A stretch of DNA of 55,478 nt from Actinomycetes bacterium. GTDB taxonomy: Bacteria > Actinomycetota > Actinomycetes > S36-B12. Below the pieces are notes generated by a model. It had not been told where the DNA came from. It saw only the letters and a list, made by a program, of their open reading frames with translations, and searched no databases. Positions 47,330 through 55,478 of this stretch are shown here, in pieces (within the stretch, counting starts at the first letter, position 1; each line of letters opens with the position of its first letter). Both the position numbers and the translations under genes were made by a program. The stretch spans positions 1-55,478 of the forward strand of contig JBAXJN010000002.1 in assembly GCA_037137855.1 (NCBI GenBank). Reading direction: 5' to 3'.

Positions 47330-49677
47330 ATGTATCGAGCATTCTTGCGCCAGCGGCAGCGGTGTGGTTCGGGGCGCTCCTAGTAGAACTTGTTGCAGAT
47401 TCTGGTGTTTTTACCAGCGACCTCCTGTTGCGCATATTCATATCGAGCCTACTCATCAGCATGTTTGGCGCAGCTGTCTTGCTCTGGCGTGCCCCACGTG
47501 CGCGGCAGTCCTGGATTCTTTCGGCAATTGCAGGAGGTTGTTTGGGGATTCTTTCGGCAGCCCTACATATGGGGGCGCTCACTGCCGAACCCATTCATTC
47601 ATGGACGCTTCAACACAGCACTGTGACAGTTGTTGGGATCGTGCAGAGCGAAGGTAAAGAACAACAGTCCACCACGTCGCGGCTATGGCAGCAGGCTCCA
47701 ACTTTGGAATGGAGATTGGATACCAGTACTTTCACCTTTCGAGATCAGCAGTGGCAGATCGAGCTACCAGTCACAGTTGTCAGTAGTCAGGAGCCGCCGG
47801 CAATTGGCAGCCTTGTGCGATTGCGAGGGAAACTCAGCGCCGGTCGACTACCTGAAACCGCTGCTCAGGTCCGCGTAAGTGTGAACCCTGAAGTCCTCGA
47901 ACAGCCTGGCATTATTGATCGCTCAGCGAATTCTCTTCGTGCTGGCTTGCGCTTGGCACTCAGCGGTAGACCAGCTGATTCGGCATCCCTTGTCGCCGGC
48001 TTAGCTATCGGTGATCAATCGCAGCAACCCCAGGAGCTGAAAGATGCAATGCGCACAGCCGGACTTTCGCATCTCACTGCAGTTTCTGGCGGAAATCTTG
48101 CCATTCTCATTGTGCTCGTTCTAGGTGGTACTCGGCTATTGCGCGTTCGCTTACCATTGCAAATTTTCATTGCACTGACTGCGGTGATCTACTTTGTCAT
48201 TTTGGTGCGACCACAACCAAGTGTTCTCAGAGCCGCGGTCATGGGTTCAGTGGTGCTCGTAGGAATGCTCGGTGGCGGGCAGCGTCGCGGCACTGGTGTG
48301 CTGGCCATAAGCGTCGCGGCACTCATCGTGGTTGCACCCGAACTTGCAGTCTCTTGGGGTTTCGCCCTCTCTGTTGCGGCAACCATTGGTTTAATTCTTT
48401 GGTCACCGGGCATGCTGACGTGGATTCAGCAGAAATTTCCGCGTATGCCTTCCGTACTAGCTGATGGTCTTGCCATCACTCTTGCGGCACAACTTGCCAC
48501 GCTACCTATTTTGATTGCGATGGGAAGTTCTGTTGGCTTGGCTGGTGTGCCGGCCAACATCTTGGCGATGCCAATGGTGCCGCTCGTAACCATTTTGGGA
48601 TTACTCACAGCGCTGCTGAGTGTCACTTTCTACCCCTTAGCTGTCTTCATCGCACTTATTGCATCCTGGTGCGCATCGTGGATTGCAAAAGTTGCAGTTA
48701 CCTGTTCGCAATTACCGTTTGCAACGGTGCCTTGGCCATCGAGTTGGGGCGGTGCGATTCTTGTGTTGCTTCTTCTGTTGACCGTTATCGCAGCTAACCG
48801 TTGGATGCGTAAGCACTACCCAGCGGGAATTCCACCCGCGCTGCAATGGTCAGTCTTGGGGCTGTGTCTTGCTGTTGTGTGTTGCGTTGTTTTTACGAAA
48901 GCTAGTCAGCATTGGCTGCCTCATCAGTGGGCGTTAGTTGCTTGCGATGTTGGGCAAGGTGATGGCATGGTGCTTCGCACCGGACCGACATCAGGGATGT
49001 TGATAGATGCAGGCCTTGATGGTCGTGTCATCGATGCTTGTCTTAATGATTTAGGGATTAGTGTGCTGGACGCAGTGGTAATCACGCATTTTCATGCCGA
49101 CCACGTTGGCGGATTGCGCGGTGCTCTCGCCGGTCGTGAAGTCAAGGCTGCGTTTACGACCCCGCTGAATGAGCCGGTGAACGAGGCGAGCGCAGCACGC
49201 GAAATCTTGGCATCGCATGGTCTTCAGTTTCAGGTTTTGCACGCCGGCGATGTGCACGTGACAGGTGAGGTTCGCTGGCGGGTCTTATGGCCAAGTCATC
49301 TCATTGCTGGTGGCCCAAATAATGCGAGCATTGTCCTGATCGCTGATGTTGCAGGGCTGCGTTTCGTATTACCGGGGGATATTGAGCCACCAGCCCAAGC
49401 CGCCGTGATGGCAGAGAACCCTCCGCCCCAAGCAGACGTAGCAAAAGTTCCCCACCACGGAAGTCGATACCAAGACCCAGCGTTTGCCCGCTGGACCGGG
49501 GCGAGCCTGACCTTGATCAGCGTGGGTGCAGGCAACGATTACGGCCACCCGGCAGCAAGCACCATCGCAAACTGGCAGGAGTCTGGGGCCAGAGTTGCTC
49601 GAACTGATCAGCAGGGTGGCCTTGCTGTATTCCGGCAGCCAGACGGCTCGATCGGGTTTGTCGCTCAGCACGGGTGA
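47326..49677 (+). CDS. comEC: ComEC/Rec2 DNA internalisation channel protein with C-terminal metallo-beta-lactamase domain
   Basis: 783 aa. Its GTG overlaps the comEA stop (GTGA). It has a polytopic competence domain (GLSHLTAVSGGNLAI) and the MBL motif ITHFHADHVGG. Confidence 0.9.
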   Translation: MNVSSILAPAAAVWFGALLVELVADSGVFTSDLLLRIFISSLLISMFGAAVLLWRAPRARQSWILSAIAGGCLGILSAALHMGALTAEPIHSWTLQHSTVTVVGIVQSEGKEQQSTTSRLWQQAPTLEWRLDTSTFTFRDQQWQIELPVTVVSSQEPPAIGSLVRLRGKLSAGRLPETAAQVRVSVNPEVLEQPGIIDRSANSLRAGLRLALSGRPADSASLVAGLAIGDQSQQPQELKDAMRTAGLSHLTAVSGGNLAILIVLVLGGTRLLRVRLPLQIFIALTAVIYFVILVRPQPSVLRAAVMGSVVLVGMLGGGQRRGTGVLAISVAALIVVAPELAVSWGFALSVAATIGLILWSPGMLTWIQQKFPRMPSVLADGLAITLAAQLATLPILIAMGSSVGLAGVPANILAMPMVPLVTILGLLTALLSVTFYPLAVFIALIASWCASWIAKVAVTCSQLPFATVPWPSSWGGAILVLLLLLTVIAANRWMRKHYPAGIPPALQWSVLGLCLAVVCCVVFTKASQHWLPHQWALVACDVGQGDGMVLRTGPTSGMLIDAGLDGRVIDACLNDLGISVLDAVVITHFHADHVGGLRGALAGREVKAAFTTPLNEPVNEASAAREILASHGLQFQVLHAGDVHVTGEVRWRVLWPSHLIAGGPNNASIVLIADVAGLRFVLPGDIEPPAQAAVMAENPPPQADVAKVPHHGSRYQDPAFARWTGASLTLISVGAGNDYGHPAASTIANWQESGARVARTDQQGGLAVFRQPDGSIGFVAQHG

Positions 49678-49699
49678 CTCATGGCATGCTGGTTCCATC

Positions 49700-50707
49700 A
49701 TGACCAAGACAGCAGCAGCCACCGCGCGCATCACGATCGCGATGGGCAATGAGCCGCTGCTCATCGATCGCGTGGTGCGCACCACCTTGAAGCAATTGGG
49801 TGCATCTGAAGGCGAACTTCAAATAACAACTCTTGCGGCCAACGGTGATGACGCTGCGGCAATGCTTCGCGAAGCCTCCTCCCCAAATCTCTTCGGTGAC
49901 ACAACCGCTGTAGTGGTTACCGGAATCGATCAAGCAACTGACGAAGTTGATGCAATTCTGCGGGTGTTTGCGCAAGATCCAGCAGACCATGCGTGGTTAG
50001 TGCTGACTCACCCTGGCGGAGTAAAAGGAAAGAACCTGCTCGATGCCTTAAAGAAAGCTGGGGCTGAGCAAATACTGTGCGCACAACTCAAGGGCAAGGA
50101 ACTGCGCGCTTACCTTTCCAAGGATCTTTCTTCGTATAAGCGAGCCATGACCGACGAGGGATTAACGGCGCTCATTGATTCAGTAGGAACAGATTTGCGC
50201 TTGCTCACTGGTGCTATTTCACAGTTAGTAGCTGATGTTGAGGGCAATCCCATCAGTCTTGATGATGTCCATAATTACTTTGCTGGAGTCACGGGAGTAA
50301 CCGGATTCGCCGTTTCAGATGCAGTGTGGGATCGACGCCCGGCAGATGCATTGCGGTCGCTGCGTTGGGCCATGCGTGAATCGGGAGATGTGTCAGTGCC
50401 GATGGTGATGGCTATGGCCGCAGGATTACGTTCAATTATTAGAGTTGCTGCTGCAGGACCGGGCACGTCGGAAGCTGACGTGGCGCGGCAGGCTGGAGTT
50501 CCACCGTGGAAAGTTCGTGCCCTACGCCATCAGTGGTCGGCTTGGAGCGGGGATCAACGACGGTTAGCGGCCGCGGCCGTGGCACTTGCTGATGCTGACG
50601 GTGCAGCCAAAGGCGGTGTAGGTGAAGGAACTGCTCTGGATCCAGAGCAAAAGTTACTCGCTCTTGAACGCCTCGTACTCCTGACTTCGTCTAAGCATGC
50701 GCTGTAA
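49700..50707 (+). CDS. holA: DNA polymerase III subunit delta
   Basis: The call rests on the conserved position after comEC and a delta-like N-terminus (ITIAMGNEPLLIDRVV...SPNLFGD). The start is re-called to ATG 49700 because track position 49526 overlaps the comEC 3' end. Confidence 0.8.
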   Translation: MTKTAAATARITIAMGNEPLLIDRVVRTTLKQLGASEGELQITTLAANGDDAAAMLREASSPNLFGDTTAVVVTGIDQATDEVDAILRVFAQDPADHAWLVLTHPGGVKGKNLLDALKKAGAEQILCAQLKGKELRAYLSKDLSSYKRAMTDEGLTALIDSVGTDLRLLTGAISQLVADVEGNPISLDDVHNYFAGVTGVTGFAVSDAVWDRRPADALRSLRWAMRESGDVSVPMVMAMAAGLRSIIRVAAAGPGTSEADVARQAGVPPWKVRALRHQWSAWSGDQRRLAAAAVALADADGAAKGGVGEGTALDPEQKLLALERLVLLTSSKHAL

Positions 50708-50794
50708 TACGTGTCAGCCCTGTATTTTGGACCCGCTATTTCGTTCATACCTGCGAGAGTGTTCATTGCCTATTGACGGGAAACCTTCGGGCTA

Positions 50795-51292
50795 TCAAGC
50801 GCCCGCGTAATGTTTGAAAATAATCAATGACGCAACCACAACAATTAAGAATCCCACATACCCGGTAGCACGCAGCCGAGTTGCTCCGCCTGAGCGCGAA
50901 GCGATGAATCCAATAGCGCAGACAAAAGCCAGCAGTAGCGATTCAGAAAGCCAGATGCCTTCCCGGCCAAAAAACAGGATCGGAACGACTGCGAGCCCTG
51001 CGGCAGTTGCGGCACCCAAAGCTTGAGCGAGAAGCAGACGTGGCACTTCACGGTGCACAACCCCTTCATTCATGAAGCGACTGGAGAGGCGGAAGGCAAT
51101 TTGGTGGGCTACGAGCAAAGCCAAGACGGTCATGATGATGAAGACGATCATCTGAATTCTGGTCTGCCCTTGATTGGCTGGGATCACCAAGAGCACTGCC
51201 AGTAAGGACAAGTTGATGTAGAGCGACATCGTGATGCCTTCACGAAGTTCTTCGTGTTGATGCTCCCGACCAAGCAGTATTCGATTCATCAA
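50795..51292 (-). CDS. Hypothetical polytopic membrane protein
   Basis: 165 aa with four or five hydrophobic helices and no motif I recognise. The true start may be the internal Met of MSLYINLSLLAV. Confidence 0.45.
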   Translation of the reverse strand: MMNRILLGREHQHEELREGITMSLYINLSLLAVLLVIPANQGQTRIQMIVFIIMTVLALLVAHQIAFRLSSRFMNEGVVHREVPRLLLAQALGAATAAGLAVVPILFFGREGIWLSESLLLAFVCAIGFIASRSGGATRLRATGYVGFLIVVVASLIIFKHYAGA

Positions 51293-51317
51293 ATGGTTGC
51301 CCCTACCTTGATGGAAT

Positions 51318-51359
51318 GAAAAAACCCTCGCATCCGCTTGGGGCAGATAGGAGGGTTTT
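51318..51359 (-). terminator. Rho-independent terminator after rpsT
   Basis: On the minus strand the stem aaaaccctc / gagggtttt is followed by a T-run (plus-strand aaaaaa at 51318-51324). Confidence 0.7.
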
Positions 51360-51389
51360 GACTCATGAGGTTGCCCTCATTGAAGTTGG

Positions 51390-51647
51390 TTAGAGAGCTG
51401 CAGCGCGACTTGCAATCGCTGACTTGCGGTTTGCCGCCTGGTTGGCGTGAATAACACCCTTGCTTGCGGCCTGATCCAGTTCGCGGTTTGCTGCGCGAGC
51501 CAAGTCCTTGGCTTCTGGCTTGCCTGCATCGGCTGCTTCGCGAAACTTGCGGATGGCAGTCTTAAGACCACTCTTCACAGCTTTATTGCGCTGACGATCC
51601 AACTCGTTGGTTCGGTTACGCTTGATCTGCGACTTGATGTTGGCCAC
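51390..51647 (-). CDS. rpsT: 30S ribosomal protein S20
   Basis: 85 aa with a GTG start. The opening [35 protein letters not shown] is canonical S20. Confidence 0.95.
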   Translation of the reverse strand: MANIKSQIKRNRTNELDRQRNKAVKSGLKTAIRKFREAADAGKPEAKDLARAANRELDQAASKGVIHANQAANRKSAIASRAAAL

Positions 51648-51754
51648 GGTTCTACCTTTACTCGAATCAGGATGGTGACCTCGAATCCGCAGGTGGCGGT
51701 TATCCGAGGGATAAGCAGGGCCTTAGGCTACCGGCTAGGTGCCGAAAGCACCAA

Positions 51755-53617
51755 ATGACCCCGTATCTATCCCAAAGGAACCACGTGCCAGGACCGCAGC
51801 CCGGATCAACAGACCCCTCGGTCATCCGGAATTTCTGCATTATTGCCCACATTGACCACGGCAAATCCACTTTGGCTGACCGGATGCTTCAGGTCACCGG
51901 AGTCGTCGATGATCGTTCGATGCGGGCTCAGTACCTCGACCGAATGGATATTGAGCGCGAACGCGGCATCACTATTAAGTCTCAGGCTGTTCGACTGCCC
52001 TATCTGGCCGATGATGGTGAGCAATACGTCCTGAACATGATCGATACGCCTGGGCATGTGGACTTCACTTACGAGGTTTCCCGCTCTCTAGCTGCCTGCG
52101 AGGGTGCGGTTCTGCTGGTCGATGCCGCTCAAGGCATTGAGGCTCAGACGCTGGCCAACCTTTATCTTGCCCTCGAAAACGATCTCACAATCGTTCCAGT
52201 GCTGAACAAGATTGATCTACCGGCAGCCCAGCCCGAGAAGTATGCGGCCGAGCTTGCTCGCATCATCGGATGCGATCCAGCCGACATTCTTTTAACTTCT
52301 GCCAAGACAGGTTTGGGCGTTCGAGCGGTTCTCGAACGAGTAGTGGAGACCATCCCTGCTCCTACCGGAAATGCAGATGGCCCAGCGCGCGCGATGATTT
52401 TCGACTCGGTCTATGACACTTACCGAGGTGTTGTCACCTACGTACGAGTGGTTGACGGTCGAATTGGTTCTCGCGAAAAAATCGAAATGATGTCGACGGG
52501 CGCAGTGCACGAACTGATTGAAGTTGGTGTCATCAGCCCAGAGCCAGTGCTCTCGAAAGGTCTTGGTGTTGGCGAAGTTGGCTACCTGATCACAGGTGTG
52601 AAAGATGTTCGTCAGTCGCGCGTTGGCGACACCATCACAACTTCGCTCCGGGGTGCCACCGAATCACTTGGCGGATATCGCGATCCGAAGCCGATGGTCT
52701 ACTCGGGCCTCTACCCGATTGATGGCTCGGATTATCCAGAACTTCGTGATGCACTCGACAAGTTGAAACTTAACGACGCGGCGTTGGTGTACGAACCAGA
52801 AACGTCATTGGCGTTGGGATTCGGTTTCCGTTGCGGGTTCCTTGGTTTGTTGCATATGGAAATTGTTCGTGAACGCCTTGAGCGTGAAGCCGACCTCGAT
52901 TTAATTTCTACCGCTCCAAGTGTGATTTACCGATTGATTCGCGATGATGGCACTGAATATGTCGTGACAAACCCAAGCGAATTCCCAGATCAGAAGATTG
53001 CTCATATTTATGAGCCAATCGTGAAAGCCACCGTCATTTTGCCGAGCGAATTTGTCGGCACGGTGATGGAACTTTGCCAACAACGTCGTGGTGTCATGCT
53101 CGGGATGGATTACCTATCTGAAGATCGGGTTGAACTTCGCTATACCTTGCCGATGGCCGAGATCGTGTTTGACTTCTTCGATGCTTTGAAGTCAAAGACG
53201 AAGGGCTATGCCTCACTTGATTACGAACTCAGTGGCGAACAGGATGCAGATCTTGTGAAGGTTGATATCTTGTTGCAGGGCGAAGCTGTTGATGCGTTTA
53301 GTTCTATTGTGCATCGAGATAAGGCAATGGCCTACGGCACGATGATGACCGGGAAACTTAAAGATCTGATTCCACGTCAACAATTCGAGGTGCCGATTCA
53401 GGCTGCAATTGGTTCACGCGTCATCACTCGTGAAACGATTCGCGCTATTCGTAAAGACGTTCTTGCTAAGTGTTACGGCGGCGATATCAGTCGTAAGCGC
53501 AAACTGCTGGAAAAGCAGAAAGAAGGCAAAAAGAGGATGAAGATGGTAGGCCGAGTAGAAGTTCCACAGGAAGCCTTTATCGCAGCGCTTTCTACGTCGG
53601 ATAGTCCAAAAAAGTAG
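51755..53617 (+). CDS. lepA: Translation elongation factor 4 (LepA)
   Basis: It has G1 [13 protein letters not shown]3 DTPGH and G4 NKID, plus the LepA-specific C-terminal domain ([22 protein letters not shown]). In-frame GTG 51785, with AAAGGAA upstream, is an alternative start. Confidence 0.95.
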   Translation: MTPYLSQRNHVPGPQPGSTDPSVIRNFCIIAHIDHGKSTLADRMLQVTGVVDDRSMRAQYLDRMDIERERGITIKSQAVRLPYLADDGEQYVLNMIDTPGHVDFTYEVSRSLAACEGAVLLVDAAQGIEAQTLANLYLALENDLTIVPVLNKIDLPAAQPEKYAAELARIIGCDPADILLTSAKTGLGVRAVLERVVETIPAPTGNADGPARAMIFDSVYDTYRGVVTYVRVVDGRIGSREKIEMMSTGAVHELIEVGVISPEPVLSKGLGVGEVGYLITGVKDVRQSRVGDTITTSLRGATESLGGYRDPKPMVYSGLYPIDGSDYPELRDALDKLKLNDAALVYEPETSLALGFGFRCGFLGLLHMEIVRERLEREADLDLISTAPSVIYRLIRDDGTEYVVTNPSEFPDQKIAHIYEPIVKATVILPSEFVGTVMELCQQRRGVMLGMDYLSEDRVELRYTLPMAEIVFDFFDALKSKTKGYASLDYELSGEQDADLVKVDILLQGEAVDAFSSIVHRDKAMAYGTMMTGKLKDLIPRQQFEVPIQAAIGSRVITRETIRAIRKDVLAKCYGGDISRKRKLLEKQKEGKKRMKMVGRVEVPQEAFIAALSTSDSPKK

Positions 53618-54768
53618 TGCCGATGCACGATCGCAACACGCTCTCGCTGTATGTACACGTTCCGTTCTGCACAAGTCGCTGCGGTTATTGCGATTTCAAT
53701 ACCTATACGGCTACTGAACTCGGCAGTGATGTTCGCCGGGATTCCTTTCATGAAGTGCTGGCAAAAGAAGTGCGTTTTGCCGCAGAGCAACTAGGGCACG
53801 ATAGAAAAGTCAGCACGGTATTCGTTGGCGGCGGCACTCCGACCTTGTTGGGCTCCACTGGCTTGAACTACGTGCTGGCCGAAATCCAGAAATCCTTTGG
53901 ACTTGTTGAAGGAGCCGAAGTCACCACTGAGGCGAATCCTGATTCAGTCACACCTCAAATGCTTGCAGAACTGCGAGCAGGCGGCTTCACGCGCATGTCT
54001 TTTGGTATGCAAAGCAGCGCACCCAAGGTGTTACAGATTCTGGAGCGAACACACACACCTGGCGCCAGTGTGCAGGCTGCAAAGTGGGCCCGCGACGCAG
54101 GTTTCGAACACGTCAATCTCGATTTGATCTATGGCACGCCGGGTGAATCAGATGATGATCTGATCGGCTCAGTGGAGGCAGCGCTTTCTGCCGGAATCGA
54201 TCATCTGTCGGCGTACTCACTCATCGTTGAAGATGGCACGGCACTAAGTCGACGCATTGCGCGCGGTGAATTACCTATGCCGGATGACGATGTGTGTGCG
54301 GATCGCTACGAACTTATCGATGACCGCATGCAGGCAGCTGGACTTCCTTGGTACGAAGTCTCTAACTGGGCGGTTCCTGGCGGCGAGTGTCAGCACAATC
54401 TTGCATACTGGCGCAGTCAAGACTGGTGGGGGATTGGGCCTGGTGCGCATAGCCATGTCAACGGTAATCGTTGGTGGAACGTCAAGCATCCGGTGCCCTA
54501 TACCGAAAAAGTACTGGCATACGCACCGCCCAGCGCGGGCTCTGAAATCTTGACCACGGACGATCTTCGTCTAGAAGAAGTCATGTTGGGCGTTCGTCTA
54601 GCTGAAGGCATCCCACTGGCCGTAGTTGACCGCGCCAAGGTTGAAGATCTTGTGGCAGGCGGACTTGTTGATCCAGCTGGCATGCATCACGGGCGTGTGC
54701 AATTAACCAGAGCCGGCCGGTTGCTCGCCGATGCAGTGATTCGTGACCTCCTGGCTGATCAAGCCTAA
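53617..54768 (+). CDS. hemW: Radical SAM heme chaperone HemW (HemN-like, oxygen-independent coproporphyrinogen oxidase family)
   Basis: 383 aa. It contains LYVHVPFCTSRCGYCDFNT (CxxxCxxC) and the GGGTP motif. Its GTG overlaps the lepA stop (TAGTG), and ATG 53623 is an alternative start. Confidence 0.9.
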   Translation: MPMHDRNTLSLYVHVPFCTSRCGYCDFNTYTATELGSDVRRDSFHEVLAKEVRFAAEQLGHDRKVSTVFVGGGTPTLLGSTGLNYVLAEIQKSFGLVEGAEVTTEANPDSVTPQMLAELRAGGFTRMSFGMQSSAPKVLQILERTHTPGASVQAAKWARDAGFEHVNLDLIYGTPGESDDDLIGSVEAALSAGIDHLSAYSLIVEDGTALSRRIARGELPMPDDDVCADRYELIDDRMQAAGLPWYEVSNWAVPGGECQHNLAYWRSQDWWGIGPGAHSHVNGNRWWNVKHPVPYTEKVLAYAPPSAGSEILTTDDLRLEEVMLGVRLAEGIPLAVVDRAKVEDLVAGGLVDPAGMHHGRVQLTRAGRLLADAVIRDLLADQA

Positions 54769-54855
54769 AACTCCTCGGCCAAGGATGGTTGACCTCAAAT
54801 CCGGGCAAATGCGCAATACTCTTTTGACTGAGAAATATTTCAATACGATTGAGCA

Positions 54856-55478
54856 ATGAAACTTACTCGCATTCTTGTGACTCTTGCAGGGTTAGTAAGT
54901 GCTTTTTTCATTGCCCCACAAGCCGCAATCGCTATCGATTGCCCAATAGTCGATTACTCGAAACTGAGTTTTAACGGCACTCCTAATGCGAATTGGAAAA
55001 ATGGTGAGCCGACACGTGTTGTTACTTGGTCCAGCAATGCCACAGTCATTGGTCCCGATCCGGTGTCCACTCCTTTCAGCGAAACTGAGCAAGCCTGGCT
55101 ACAACAAGCCTTTGATAATTACGGCGAGATATTGGATTCCATTGCCTTTCAGAAAGTGAGTACGCCAGACACCGCCAATATCGTTATTGGATACACGGTG
55201 CTGAGTAAGGCAAAGATTCTCACTGAAACCAGTCCCGGGGCCTTTGGACTCTGGGGTTTTAGTGCAGCCGCACAGAAAGGCGGGATTGCGTTACTCGATC
55301 CAAAACTTTGGCCTCGAAACTTTAATGGGTTTAGAGACCAAAATGCCTTTGTACTACGCGTAGAAAATGAGTTAGGCAATGTCTTAGGCGTGCCAGATGT
55401 CAATCCTTTTGGGCCGCCACAGTCGCTTGTCTCAATTTACGATACGAGTAAATTTCAAGCCTACGGACAGACAAAGAT
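54856..55478 (+). CDS. Secreted snapalysin/metzincin-like protein with substituted zinc-binding motif; truncated by the right edge
   Basis: Open-ended, so absent from the ORF track. ATG 54856 gives a signal peptide MKLTRILVTLAGLVSAFFIAPQAAIA|IDCP. The body contains AFDNYGEILDSIAFQKV..DTANIVIGYT and VENELGNVLGVPDV (nt 55366-55398) where metzincins carry HExxHxxGxx(H/D). No stop codon is reached before nt 55478. Confidence 0.6.
   Translation, partial: MKLTRILVTLAGLVSAFFIAPQAAIAIDCPIVDYSKLSFNGTPNANWKNGEPTRVVTWSSNATVIGPDPVSTPFSETEQAWLQQAFDNYGEILDSIAFQKVSTPDTANIVIGYTVLSKAKILTETSPGAFGLWGFSAAAQKGGIALLDPKLWPRNFNGFRDQNAFVLRVENELGNVLGVPDVNPFGPPQSLVSIYDTSKFQAYGQTK

Noticed and set aside
1-55478. CRISPR arrays, rRNA genes, IS elements, integrases, prophage or known defence-system genes
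   Set aside because: I saw no regularly spaced direct repeats, no transposase, integrase or recombinase-like ORFs, and no nuclease/ATPase/methylase combinations typical of defence islands. All large ORFs are accounted for by housekeeping or catabolic functions.

Overview
This window looks like a compact, moderate-GC stretch of core chromosome with the gene order typical of Actinomycetota. The order is marR-MFS, tRNA-Gly and tRNA-Pro, tig-clpP1-clpP2-clpX, valS (minus strand), then folC-DUF4233-ndk. Next comes a membrane alpha/beta-hydrolase, a full elongasome operon (mreB-mreC-mreD-PBP2-rodA), an uncharacterised radical-SAM pair (TIGR03960-like plus TIGR03936/DUF2344-like) and RNase E. After a roughly 10 kb accessory block the core order resumes: rplU-rpmA-obg-proB-proA, a small ORF, nadD, a LytR_C protein, rsfS, a histidine phosphatase and tRNA-Ala. 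It continues with a divergent decarboxylase/gabT pair, leuS-comEA-comEC-holA, a membrane protein, rpsT (minus strand), lepA-hemW and a truncated secreted protein. Many neighbouring genes overlap at start/stop codons (ATGA, GTGA, TAATG, TGATG), and GTG/TTG starts are frequent. Several ORF-track entries are over-extended at the 5' end, and I re-called those starts. I saw no rRNA, CRISPR array, transposase, integrase or recognisable defence genes. The points most worth follow-up are these. (1) A catabolic block at about 22.9-33.4 kb sits between rne and rplU; its key enzyme is a tandem-fused family III CoA-transferase whose two modules differ at the catalytic position. (2) The conserved but functionally unassigned radical-SAM pair lies between the elongasome genes and RNase E. 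(3) A secreted snapalysin-like protein at the right edge has NELGNVLGVPD where HExxHxxGxxD is expected. (4) A 48-codon membrane ORF lies between proA and nadD and is missing from the ORF track. All functional calls come from reading the translated motifs by eye; no database search was run.
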